Assembly (NCBI RefSeq): GCF_000981445.1
Contig: NC_027218.1
Span: 434,001-498,000 of the forward strand
Length of the DNA: 64,000 nucleotides
Origin: Babesia bigemina
Taxonomy: Eukaryota
Direction: 5' to 3'
Below the pieces are notes generated by a model. It made no database searches and was not told the DNA's origin. It was given only the letters and a program-made list of their open reading frames with translations. Positions 32,050 through 43,039 of this stretch are shown in pieces. The number at the start of each line of letters is the position of its first letter. Within the stretch, counting starts at the first letter, position 1. A program made the translations under genes and the position numbers.

Positions 32050-32242
32050 GAGATGAGTACAAACTTCACCAGCCATTCGCAGCGTCAACCGGCTCAAAAA
32101 TACAAGTGTAAATTGTGGAGAAAATCAAACAATGCTGGCCGAGCTCAGTGGATAGAAGGACGTTGCCTTCCCCATCCACTCCCCATGGGAGCCAGGTCGC
32201 GATCCCCATGGACCAGCATCGGACGAACTACCGCGGCCCTGA
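32050..32242 (+). ncRNA. Candidate structured box C/D (U14-like?) RNA upstream of RPL15
   Basis: GAGATGA at 32050, 18S-complementary agccattcgcag at 32071-32082, a three-way junction at 32132-32219, and 18S-complementary gaactaccgcggc just before CTGA at 32239. The terminal stem is weak. Confidence 0.3.
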
Positions 32243-32352
32243 CGCCACAACATACTTACTAAAATCCCTAATCGGAAACTAGGGATATATCTGCCGCTGA
32301 GCATTATATCGGACTTGCAGAACGCACATTCGTCGCTCACAGGTCACGCAAG

Positions 32353-33137
32353 ATGGGTGCTTACCGGTAAGTGGAGACTAAACAGGGGAACCGGTTCTTA
32401 CTGACCGCTGTAAGCGATGCCAATCAGGACTTTAGTCCGATTTACGGGCGAAGTTTATCAAGCGGTGTCGTGTTCCGTCCCTTTTGCCTACCCGGGGCAA
32501 CGTACCCACCTTCCACACATTCTCATACACTCGCAGCTACATGCAAGAGCTGTGGCGCAAGAAGCAGTCGGATGCCATGCGCACACTGCTTCGTATTAGG
32601 ACCTGGGAGTACAGGCAGCTTACCGCCGTGCACCGCGTATCCAGGCCCACCCGTCCCGACAAGGCGCGCCGCCTGGGATACAAGGCCAAGCAGGGTTTTG
32701 TCATCTACCGCGTCCGCATCAAGAGGGGTGACCGCAAGAGGAATGTGCAGAATGGAATCGTATACGGAAAGCCCAAGCACCAGGGTATCCGCAAGCAGAA
32801 GTCCAAGCGCAACCTCAGGAGCTTGGCTGAAGAGCGTGTAGGCAGGAGGTGCGGCGGTCTCAGGGTACTCAACTCCTACTGGGTGGGACAGGACGCTGTC
32901 CACAAGTTCTACGAGGTCATCCTTGTCGACCCCTTCCACAACGCTATTCGCAACGACCCCAGGATGCAGTACATCTGCAAGCCAGTACACAAGCACCGCG
33001 AGATGCGCGGCCTCACATCCGCTGGACGCAAGGCACGTGGTCTGCGCGTAAAGGGACCGAAGGCGGCCAAGCTCAGACCGTCGATCCGTGCCAACTGGCG
33101 CAGAAGGCAAATTCAGCACTTGTGGCGTATGAGGTAA
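32353..33137 (+). CDS. RPL15: 60S ribosomal protein L15 (eL15), one intron 32367-32536
   Basis: MGAYR | [12 protein letters not shown]...[18 protein letters not shown]...[12 protein letters not shown]...[13 protein letters not shown]. Confidence 0.98.
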
Positions 33138-33649
33138 AACTCTGCGTAATCGGCGGTAATCTCGTCTACCTGACGAACAAGTGCAATATAATTGTCTCAA
33201 CAAATACGTTTTCCCCATGCAGGGGTATCTATGTGGCAACACGTGCTGGGCCTCTGTTATAAAAAGCTGCGGCGCCTCTCTTGGTACCTTAAGCGGGCAG
33301 GTTGCGTATCGACACCATCGGCAACCAGCGATTGAATCTGTTATTGTGGCGTTTCTCGTCGCGTGACTGGATCGTAGGTCTCGTTTGAATTGTTGTCGAG
33401 CGGGTAGTGCGTCAGAAGCGGACGTGCCTTTGGAACTGGGTTCGGGCATGGCACGTTGTGTCGAATGTTGCTGCCTCCAGAATCATAAAACGTATTCATG
33501 TAAATGTGGCCAAGTTATTGCACACAAAAGCAGGCCACTTTTGTACCATGGCATCACCGTCATGTGCTGCCGGCACTCAGAATTGCGCTATATAGGAGGG
33601 AAATTGCGCATCAGTAATATCAATATGGCGTTTATCAGCGACGAAAAGA

Positions 33650-34038
33650 CTATTGTCTCCATTTTCTCAACAATTTTTCTCCTGTTGCGTAAAAAGCAGA
33701 AGATTTTGACGTCACGTACGCAGAGGACATAAATAAGGATGGTGTTTGGGCGTACATATTACTTCACAAATCTCACACTCCACAATATGAAAGTCGTATT
33801 CGGCTATATTACAGCCGTTACGCACAATACTAGAACATTAAAAAAGCGCCAGTGAATTTTCAGTAAAGTTGAACACGAAAATTCAATCATTAGCGAAATA
33901 TTACGAAGAAAACAGGTCTAGACAGTGCAGATTCTCATATCTAGCTATATTTCGCGCGAATCGCATAACAGAGAGGAAAAGGTGTAATGCGTATTTTGCG
34001 TCTGAATAAACGCTACCGTCAACACGAAGGAACAACAT
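33650..34038 (-). CDS. Speculative 91-aa spliced ORF with CxxC..H..C motif
   Basis: Exons 34038-33905, 33829-33720 and 33681-33650 are joined by GT-AG introns of 75 and 38 nt. No homology was recognised. Confidence 0.2.
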
Positions 34039-34222
34039 AGGCACTATATATGGACGCGAAATTTCGTTAGTGTGTAGACGGTGTAACTTAGCAAATAGAG
34101 GCGCGCAACCAGCGAAAATATTGCCTTACACACTGCGTCCAAGACACGTGACTCCGCCTGCCCCGCCACTGCCGCAGTGGGCGAACTTCAGCCAGCACAT
34201 TGCATTTTGTAACTGTACACAA

Positions 34223-34978
34223 ATGGCTTATATCCCTATAACGCAAGTCGACGCAATACTGCTCCTCGACCAACACGGGGAACGCATTGCGGTCAACTAC
34301 TACCCGCAGCACTGCGCGGCTACGACCTCTGCAGATGGCGTAAAAAACTGTAGGTAGACAGGCGGGAAATCACATTAATACGGCAGTATGGGAGGATGTG
34401 GCGCGCCAGAAGGTCATTGAGAAGAGCCTAACCAAGGAGCTGGAGCTGGCGAAAGCACGAGGTACGGAAATCACGCTGGTGTCACACGGTGTTACAGAGG
34501 GCGCTTACGGTATTCGCATGATCGAGGGGCACCTCGTAAGCTACTACATTGCTGCCGATTTCGCTATAATCGTTGTTGGCCCAAGCAAGGAAAACGAAGT
34601 CCTGCTGACGGACTTATGCACGACCGTCAAGAAGTGTCTGCTCTCAGTCACAGAGTGGGTTCATCACGTCGTATAACGCATGGTGTGCAGCGAACAGCTG
34701 AAGAAAGAGGTCGTCTGCAACAAGCTGGATTCGGTATTTCTAATCCTTGACGACGTCGTCGACGGAGGGTTCGCAACATATAAGTGTCACTCATACGTCA
34801 GCAGAATCATAATGGAGTCGGATCACAACGTCATAATACGACGGCTAAAGGGAAAATCTGGTGACTCGTCAGATCACTTGCCACTCAACCAGGTACGGGA
34901 GTCCAGCGGCAGAATGACTTCACACAGGCAATATACAACATTCGCAACAACGTCATCAGGAGTCTGCTTAACTCTTGA
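34223..34978 (+). CDS. COPZ: Coatomer subunit zeta, multi-exon
   Basis: VDAILLLDQHGERIAVNYY, QKVIEKSL, IIVVG...ENEVLL, LDSVFLILDDVVDGG, IIMESD and the final exon AIYNIRNNVIRSLLNS. Confidence 0.9.
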
Positions 34979-35115
34979 AGGTTTAAAAGGCTTGCTACAG
35001 ACATGTGGCTGCAATAATATCGTACAGTAGGCTGTCTACGGCGGCAAGATTCCCGATGTGTAATACACGATAGCGCCCAGTTTCAGTACAACCTACGAAA
35101 CCCACACAGTTTATC

Positions 35116-35983
35116 ATGATTCTGAATATATTCAAATTATCTGAACGTTTAGCGTCGTGGCACAATGCGACTGGCATCGCACGTATACAGCTCTCGGCGC
35201 CCGGTCACTGCCTGCGCCTTCCTCGCGCCAACTTCGGCACGAAAAGGGTCACGCAAAAGAGAAGTGAGTTGCTGTACAACGGATGATCGCCACTGTGTAC
35301 TGATGTTGACTCTTTACATCTCTGCTCGCTTAGGAGTTGTCCCTACCGCTCTTCTCACCACCTCTCAGGGCACATGCTTAGGCTCATACACCCCGAGGAG
35401 AAGCATACGAACAAGGAGTTACGTGATGGGTGGCTCTCAAACGATGACGCCTTACCGAAGTCGCTGCTCTGCAACTCCGCAATAAGGAAACTTGTCTACT
35501 CAAACACCGTTGAGGCGCAAAAACTCGCCCGCAAGGTGGATTGGGACGCATACAAGTGCAACGTTAGGGGCGTGAGGTATGGAGTAGACCGTGCTCTATG
35601 CGCGTTTAGCAACGCCTTGCAGGTGGCATCCGTCAGGAAGCTGGTACGTCCAGTTCAACCGGCGAAACTACGAAAAAAACTTCTTCGTCAATTGCCACTG
35701 TTACTTCAGGTACGCGCATATTACGAGCGTGACAACACGCAGGGTCGATGAACACGGGTTCCACGACGCCAAGGAGAAGGCAATTGCATATCGCAAACGG
35801 CTAGAGGCTGAGTACGACGAACTGCAGGAGACGTGGCACGAAATGGACAAGTAGGTCGAGTATGCGCGCCATACAAATGCTTGGTGCAGAAAACGTATGG
35901 AAGAAAGAGCCAGAAGACACGGTGATCGCCAAATGGCGCTCGAGGAGGAGGAGTTTTTGCTTGCGGACTCAACCCCTGGGTGA
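35116..35983 (+). CDS. Small single-AP2-domain protein with mitochondrial-type presequence (mitoribosomal AP2-like), 4 introns
   Basis: ATG at 35116 gives MILNIFKLSERLASW...LRLPRANFGTKRVTQKR|RHMLRLI (intron 35264-35368). AP2 domain after splicing: VRGVRWHPSGSWYVQF...FRVDEHGFHDAKEKAIAYRKRLE. Confidence 0.82.
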
Positions 35984-36370
35984 CCGCAGAGAAACACACT
36001 CACCAGTCAGCGGGGGAGAATGTAATCGTACACATATCGCAATTTATTGTAGCATTGGACGCATGTGTGCGTAAACACTATGTCTTACGCCGTGGTAGTA
36101 CGGACAGCAGTGGGTCGTACGGGGGTGTCGGCTGCGCCGCTGCTGTGGACCAACATGAAAACCTCACCTTCAAAAGTAGAAACGTTGATAGCATTGGCGT
36201 TATATTTCACCAAGTCGCTCTTTCGACACACTGCAAATCGCATGGAGCTCGCAGGCCTTCTATGCCTGGGAAGCATTGCTGACGCGTAATTGCTTGTTAA
36301 CACCGAACTATGTGACACGGATGTGTCATTAAACAACCAACATATTTGAAAAACTGCAACAGGTCAAAAG

Positions 36371-37991
36371 ATGCGAAGCTGCAGGGTAAATTCCGGAATA
36401 CTCTCAATCTCGAGGAGCCTGTACGGCACATCAGGTAACCAAACCAACGGCGACTTTCAGAATTCACAGGCGTAGCGCCCGGCTACTATCAGATCAGCCG
36501 TCGTCTTGCGTCGAGTGGAGCAGTAAGGCAGAGTTCGTCCAATGAATTCGATGTCGTTATCGTCGGCGGAGGTGCAACGGGCACTGCGCTCTACTACACC
36601 CTCTCGCATTTCACCAGTTAGTGGGATCAGTAATAAGCATCATCTGCTGGCAGATATCAAGCGCATCGCACTATGTGAGCGCCGCAGCGGATACGCTTTG
36701 GTCGCCTCCCATCTTAAAAACAACAGCCAAACCATACACTGCGGTAAGCGCAACGACTGACCAGTATATGCGGCTTAGGCGATATAGAGACGAATTACAC
36801 GCCGGAAACCGCCGTGAAGGTCAAGCGAAGCGCCAACATGCTCAGGAACTGCCTGACCAAAATACCAGAAAACGACCTCTATAAGTACGTTACGCCGACG
36901 GCTGGCTCACGTGTTGTAGCATCGCACGGAAGGGGCAAAAAATGGTCATCGGTGTCGGCGACAGTGAGTGCCAGTACATCAAGGACCGATACGCGCCATT
37001 CAAGCAAATATTCCCCACGCTTCAGCTGCTAGATAAGAACCAAGTACACCAAGTTGAGCCGAACGTGGTGCGAGGGTTAAAGGGGGGCATGAGGCCAGAG
37101 GACGTCAATGCGCTCTACGTGAACGACGAGCTTACGACCTGCAACTTCATGGCCTTGTCGGAGCACTTTGTGAAGGCTGCCAACCACGATGGAAAAGAGC
37201 TTCAGCCCATGCTCAACACGGAGGTCAAAAATGTGACGCGCGAAGGAAGCACGTACAAGGTAACCACGAACAATGGAACGCTGTCGGCGAAATTCGTCGT
37301 GTTTAGTGCCTGTGGGTACTCCCTACTTTTCGCCCAGCGCATGGGCATCGGGCTGGAGTACAGCGTACTGCCCGTGGCAGGGAGCTTCTATTTCGCCCCC
37401 AATGTTTTGCAAGGCAAGGTGTATACCGTGCAAAACCCCGCGCTGCCTTTCGCTGCCGTACACGGCGATCCAGACATTGGAGCCAATAACGAGACGCGCT
37501 TTGGGCCGACCGCACTGCCGCTGCCGCTGCTTGAGAGGTACAACATGCGAAGCTTGCCTGACTTTTTGAGGGTGCTACGCCTGGACACACGTGTCATGGC
37601 GGTGTACCTAAACCTCTTGGGAGACAGAACCATACGCAACTACATGCTGCGCAACTTCTTGTTTGAGGTGCCACTGCTATCGAGGTTGCTCTTCCTCAAG
37701 GACGCGAGGAAAATTGTGCCTTCCCTCACACTCAAGGACCTGCGCTATTCGGTGGGGTACGGAGGAGTTAGGCCCCAGCTAGTGGACAAGGTGAACAAGA
37801 AGCTGCTCCTGGGGCAGAGCAAACTGTCCAACGGGGAAGGGTGCATATACAACATCACAGCGTCACCGGGCGCCACAACGTGTGTATCGAACGCCGAAAT
37901 CGATATGCGCGAAATATGTGCTTACATTGGAGCTACAATCGACGAGAACAAACTCAAACAGCACTACTTCGAGGGAGAATATGCGATCTGA
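36371..37991 (+). CDS. MQO: Malate:quinone oxidoreductase, multi-exon
   Basis: FDVVIVGGGATGTAL FAD motif, NNSQTIHCGDIETNY, GKVYTVQNPALPFAAVHGDPD, TRFGPTA, GYGGVRPQ, SPGATTC. Arg/Ser-rich presequence. Confidence 0.93.
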
Positions 37992-38252
37992 AGACGCAAT
38001 TCAGTACGCGGGAACCACGAAACAACATGGGCAATGTGCCGGAGCGGGGCGTGGAAAACGCCACACGCGAAATGTGTCGCGGAAATTAGCGCACTGTGAC
38101 TATTTTTAATAACTGTTGGTTACATGTTGAAGAACTGCCTGGCTGCTGAGCGCAGCCGCATGAGGCTGAAATAAAATACGCAGCTCTCCAATTCCATTTA
38201 GTGACAATCTAACAGACTGGGCAGCGGTCAGTGCGTCTTTTCAACGGCACGA

Positions 38253-40505
38253 CTACGCGAAAATCCCATTCAGTATGCCTAAGTAATCCTCGTTGCGCAA
38301 AGTCACGTTCAGCTGATCCCAGACGACGGAAAACCCCGCACGGTTGTCCCAGTTGCGTTCAGCAATGGCGTAGGATGAGGATTTAATGACGGCATTGACC
38401 TTGTTCTTCAAGCGCAGCTGCGGTGACAACGTTTTCACAACGTGGAGAAACTGCGCAACCGCAAAAGCGTCACACGCCAGCTGGAAGTCGAGCGTCGGGA
38501 GCAGGCGATCCAAGAACAAAATGTCAAAAAGAACCTTTGACAAGGTGTTCCCGGTGAAAACATCGCTGAAATGCATCACATTTCTTGCAATCTGGACGAT
38601 GAGGAACTTCCAACAACCAGCAATGTAACCGTCCTTGAACGTTGTTCTAGAAACTCTCGGACAAAGGACACCAACGCGCGACTCAAGAACCTTCACGAAT
38701 TGTGAACCCAGCTTGTCTATGCTTGCGCCGCGACCATCCGGCGGCAGGTTTTCGATGGTCTGGATGAAAAGTCGAGCAAGCGAACGAGACTGCAATGCAT
38801 TAGTGATGTCCCACGTTTCAATGGCCTTCAGGCAGGCGGGGTACACAACCTCAAGCACCAATTGAGGCAGGTGCTCCGGACAGAAGTTCTTAACACAACC
38901 GAACCACTCACTGCCGACAAACCCCAATGCCGCATTACGGGAATCCCCGAAGAAATCCCATGTCAAAACGTCAGCCATCGCGTATAACCGATAAACGGCT
39001 TTCAGACGTTCACCAACCTCCAATTGAACAAACTCGTTCATGTGAGACTTCTTGAAATTCATAAAAACAGAAATCGAGCTCGACAACGTCTTGTATTTCT
39101 CGCACACGTCGCCCATTACGTCAGCGCCCTTGAAGCGAGAAGGCGATGAACACGGATACAATGCCTGCCATTCCGGCCAAGACGGCGATACGGTAAAGCA
39201 GGCAGTGACGTCTTCGGACATATACCGATCAATTGATGCATCTCCAGCCTCTTTCAATACCGCTCCGACACGTAATTGTGCCAAAGATTTCTGATGTGCT
39301 ATAAATGAATGCAGCGACTGCTCACGCTTAGCGAAATCGCGCTTCACACCTTTAGCAAGGTCGTTCCCGTCATCGTCAACCTCGTCCAGGTAGCCGCAAC
39401 TGTAATCGCAGTCAAAGCCCCCGATGCGCAGGAGATCGCACAGCAGCCAGCGATACATGCAATATATGCCGTCACAATAGTCCTTGTTGCTGTTGTGCAT
39501 CTCCTGTAGCGTTTTCTGCACTTCAGCAAGCTTAGTGCTGCACAACCCTCCCAATACGCGAGCCTCCTCGACCAGCATATCAAATAGCTCAACGTTCGCC
39601 GTTATACCTGACAACGCTGCATCAAGGCGCTCCGGCGCCTTGTTCTTCGATTCAACAACTTGCTTGGCTTTATCCACCTCGTCGGTGTACTCATATAGGT
39701 CCTTACGTAGTGCGCTCAAGCGTTGACTCATAAGACGACTGGCGTCCGCCGCAGTGAAGGGTTTTGATAATTCTTCATAAATATTCACCGTTGGTTTACG
39801 ATTAGCTTGTTGAGCTCTACGACGGTAGTCATACGAGTCAAAAGAGTCACTCGACATATCTCCGGAATCCCAATCGTAACGTGGATAACGGAAATAACCC
39901 GTCGTGCGCATTCCCGTTATATCATTGTCCGCATGTTGGTCATAGGGTTTCTGAGAGTCAAACTTCTCGCCTTTGACGTCCAGATATAACGTTTTCTCCG
40001 CTGTGGATGGACCTCGGCGGCCTTTGCGTCTGTTACCACGTTTGCCACGGCTGGGCTTAGTGCCGGCATGCGGCGTATTGATGTCGGAATTCACTCCGAC
40101 TGATCCCACACCTGGTGCGTTTGATTCATGCGATACCGGAGCGGCCGTCGTATTCGTAACTCCCTTACGAATGGAAACGTCGCCATGGGACTTTACATCC
40201 TCGTTGAAACTCAGGCCTGACATACCACTTTTTCGCCCTCCTTTGCCACCTTGCTGGGACACAGCGCCAGCCTTTTCTTTGGCAGCACCACTGCCATCAC
40301 GCAACCCTCTCCGGAAGCTGCGCTTTTCAGTGGTACCATCTGGCTTGGGACGTTCGACGTCGGTCGTCTCTACCTTAGCCGTCGCAGGAGCCTCAGCGCC
40401 GCCGGGAGCGGAATTCACCGCAGCATTCCCTGGAGAAGGCGCACTCTTTGCGCCTGGTTTGCCCTTATCCGGGTTCTTACCGAGAAGCTTGCGTTTGGCA
40501 AACAT
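38253..40505 (-). CDS. GCFC-domain protein (GCFC2/PAXBP1/Ntr2-like spliceosome disassembly factor)
   Basis: Low-complexity basic N-terminus (MFAKRK), a coiled coil, then VLTWDF..EWF..LPQLVLEVVYP....IETWD.....QSRSL, which resembles the GCFC domain. Confidence 0.6.
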   Translation of the reverse strand: MFAKRKLLGKNPDKGKPGAKSAPSPGNAAVNSAPGGAEAPATAKVETTDVERPKPDGTTEKRSFRRGLRDGSGAAKEKAGAVSQQGGKGGRKSGMSGLSFNEDVKSHGDVSIRKGVTNTTAAPVSHESNAPGVGSVGVNSDINTPHAGTKPSRGKRGNRRKGRRGPSTAEKTLYLDVKGEKFDSQKPYDQHADNDITGMRTTGYFRYPRYDWDSGDMSSDSFDSYDYRRRAQQANRKPTVNIYEELSKPFTAADASRLMSQRLSALRKDLYEYTDEVDKAKQVVESKNKAPERLDAALSGITANVELFDMLVEEARVLGGLCSTKLAEVQKTLQEMHNSNKDYCDGIYCMYRWLLCDLLRIGGFDCDYSCGYLDEVDDDGNDLAKGVKRDFAKREQSLHSFIAHQKSLAQLRVGAVLKEAGDASIDRYMSEDVTACFTVSPSWPEWQALYPCSSPSRFKGADVMGDVCEKYKTLSSSISVFMNFKKSHMNEFVQLEVGERLKAVYRLYAMADVLTWDFFGDSRNAALGFVGSEWFGCVKNFCPEHLPQLVLEVVYPACLKAIETWDITNALQSRSLARLFIQTIENLPPDGRGASIDKLGSQFVKVLESRVGVLCPRVSRTTFKDGYIAGCWKFLIVQIARNVMHFSDVFTGNTLSKVLFDILFLDRLLPTLDFQLACDAFAVAQFLHVVKTLSPQLRLKNKVNAVIKSSSYAIAERNWDNRAGFSVVWDQLNVTLRNEDYLGILNGIFA

Positions 40506-41165
40506 TGCGCGACTCGCCGGAAGCAGCAAAGGCGCTCTGTGCTTCACGCATAAAGTACCGTTCCCACGTTTACCGGTGTAAATAAGCAGTTTTCACGTGA
40601 GCTTGATATATGTGCAAGTAGTCAAGCAGTGGATGGCCTTACGATCGTGCTGTACCCTCACTTCTAACGACGAGTGTACGAAAATCTCAGCATATGCAAC
40701 CAAACCTGTCGTAAAGGAATCATTAGACGTCTCTACATTGGTGGTAAAAGGTGTTATTATGCCCCGCTGTGCGACGGGGTGTCGCTGTATGGTCTGCTAT
40801 TAGACACAGCAAAGAAGGCTCGAGTGATCCACCTACATGAGCGTTTTAGCAAACGCCCTCCGTGACGAACCGTGGATACCATACGTTCAACTGGCATCAA
40901 ATACTCCGTGAAGCGGAGCGTAATAGCCGTTAACACACAATTTTACGGCGCACTCCCCATTATAAAAATCCTGGCAACAACTGCAACGCCGTCCATCACA
41001 CACTGACTTAAAGCAGAACGGCAATCGGCGGCCGCAATTTTAAACGCCGAAATGTGCCAATAAGCGGAGGGAACGGTGTACAGCCTTCGACGCTGAGGGG
41101 TAGGCACGATGCTGTGTTGAAGGAATTTCAATACCTACGACGAAGCAACCAATATAAACGGCTAA

Positions 41166-42421
41166 ATGGTAAGTGCATATTCCTATGGTGGTCTGAAATA
41201 ATGAGTGGTTGTTTTTGTTCGGCCATTTCATATTCTCTTGGTAAGGGCACTGGATATCAAAGGCCGCTGTGATGTCCTGCAACTCGTCTGCTATTAATTA
41301 GTGCTTTGCTTTTCATTTGTGCCCTTGCCTGCTCAGAGTACGCGTGTAACGTGTCGGTTTGTTCGTGACTGCGGTGGAAGTCAGGCTTGTTTTTAAAGCT
41401 CAGTTTGTTGTGATGGGTGGGTGACGATTGTTGCTCGATTTGACCCTGGCCACATTAGTTGTGGTGGACAGGTTATGTGTCAACTCTATAGTGATGTAAC
41501 GTTTTTACTAGCGATACGGGTTTTTTATAATGTGAGGTGCATGGGACTCGTATTTCCTGTACGCAGCTGTAAATGCTCCTTGTACAGACTTAATACGTTC
41601 TGCAGATTAGATTCTCGCTGAGGAGGCTGAGCGGAGGCGCGGCGAAGCCGCATTGGGGAGAACCTCCGAAGAACCGCTGGCAACCATTCTTACCTGATAG
41701 GCACCACTATGGAGAACACGCTACCTACAACGGATTCGTTCTCCTGCTAAGAGGACTTAGGCCGCGCATAGAGCGTGCGTGTTGCGCCACATTCAAAACT
41801 GTCAGTGATGTCGCGTCGCTGTTATACAGGCCGCTGGCGCGATCGGTGCTAAAGCACAACCCTGACATCAGGTACCAACTAGTAGCGCTCGTTTCCTTCT
41901 TCGGTACAACGCGGGCTATAACTAAATACTACAGCGACATGTACCAGGGAATTGTCGATCTGACAAGCTTGTTGCAGCTGGGAGTAGCAGACGACCTCAA
42001 CGAACAAGGCTTCTGGAATTCCGCGAAGGAGGACAGGGACGAAAGAATCAAATACTTCGAAAAGGAACAAAACAGACTCAACAAGCTGTGGGAAAACGCC
42101 TTCAAACGTGCAGTGGTAACCCAGAGCTTCGATGCGCTCTGCGAAGACGTCATACCGCGATCAGACGACGTTAACACGGGGGTGCTTCCGCAGGTCTCAT
42201 GGCGATTCAACATGATACCATACGGCAGGGACAACGAAGATGCGGTGGTGTTTGACACGCCGGCGCACGACGCTCCGCTCAGGGCGATGGCCCTCAACTT
42301 CACATACAACAACCTGTCGGGCGACTGGGGAGATTACATCAACCGCCAGGACAACAAAAATGCTCTGCTGAGGCCAGCGAGGCAAATGTTCACGGACATT
42401 TACATTCCAGGAACCAAGTGA
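41166..42421 (+). CDS. Apicomplexan ATP synthase-associated subunit (ATPTG2-like); ATG-only first coding exon, intron 41169-41605
   Basis: M|IRFSLRRLSGGAAKPHW..YGEHATYN..KHNPD..MPYG-like..NNLSGDWGDYINRQDNKNALLRPARQMFTD matches my recollection of a Toxoplasma ATP synthase subunit (ATPTG2). The subunit number needs BLAST confirmation. Confidence 0.8.
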
Positions 42422-43039
42422 CGCGGCAATGAGGTCATCCCCAAATATAAGCTTGCGAAATCGAAAAAGGCGCACGCTAATGCGTGCGGGGGCGGTACCA
42501 CCTAGCTTGTATGCGCCTACACCGTGAGCTCTAGGTGGCAAGCGAAATCGCAGCGAAGCATAACAAACACTGACAAATAATTATTACAAACATCTAGTTG
42601 TCTAAACAGTCAGAAATGGCGTGCGGCGATGCCATACACGTTTGTATGTGACATGGTGGTCAGGGCGCATCGCAATGAACAGCGCCCACAGAGCATACAA
42701 TGGGCTGCATCGCCCAACAGTCGGGGGCCATCGGCAACGGGATGGTATCAGCGGTCATAAACCTGCACAGCAGCCAAATTAGCCAACCCTATCTGCCACG
42801 ATTCGTCGATAAACACATCCGAATAGTGAGGTTGGGAAATTTGCCGCATACACAGCACTCCGCATATACACGCGCCAATCGTATATTAACAAAAGTTGCA
42901 TCGTTTTGCTGCCCAGCCATTACGCGGAATAACTCCAGCAGCGCTAGGAGACATACAACCGCGGGCGACTGTAGCTGCCGCACGTGAGATGCCAGAACTT
43001 GGATAGCCCCCATTACTAGTAATACATTCTCCTGTAGTT

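Noticed and set aside
32134..32218. tRNA-like start (gagctcagtggataga)
   Set aside because: There is no T-loop GTTCRA and no anticodon arm; the region folds as a three-way junction instead.
32252..32260. ATACTTAC resembling the U1 snRNA 5' end
   Set aside because: It is not followed by CTGG or any U1 stem-loops or Sm site.
32523..33449. 308-aa antisense ORF over RPL15, and similar shadow ORFs over eIF3d, patatin and the PHD gene
   Set aside because: They are explained by the GC3-rich codon bias of the sense genes and have no recognisable motifs.
35165..35485. 106-aa ORF as the start of the AP2 gene
   Set aside because: Its splice phase is incompatible with the downstream exon, whereas ATG 35116 fits.
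35116..42421. Three mitochondrial genes (AP2, MQO, ATPTG2-like) within 7 kb as a functional cluster
   Set aside because: They are interrupted by an unrelated gene, and this is plausible by chance in a compact genome without synteny or co-expression data.
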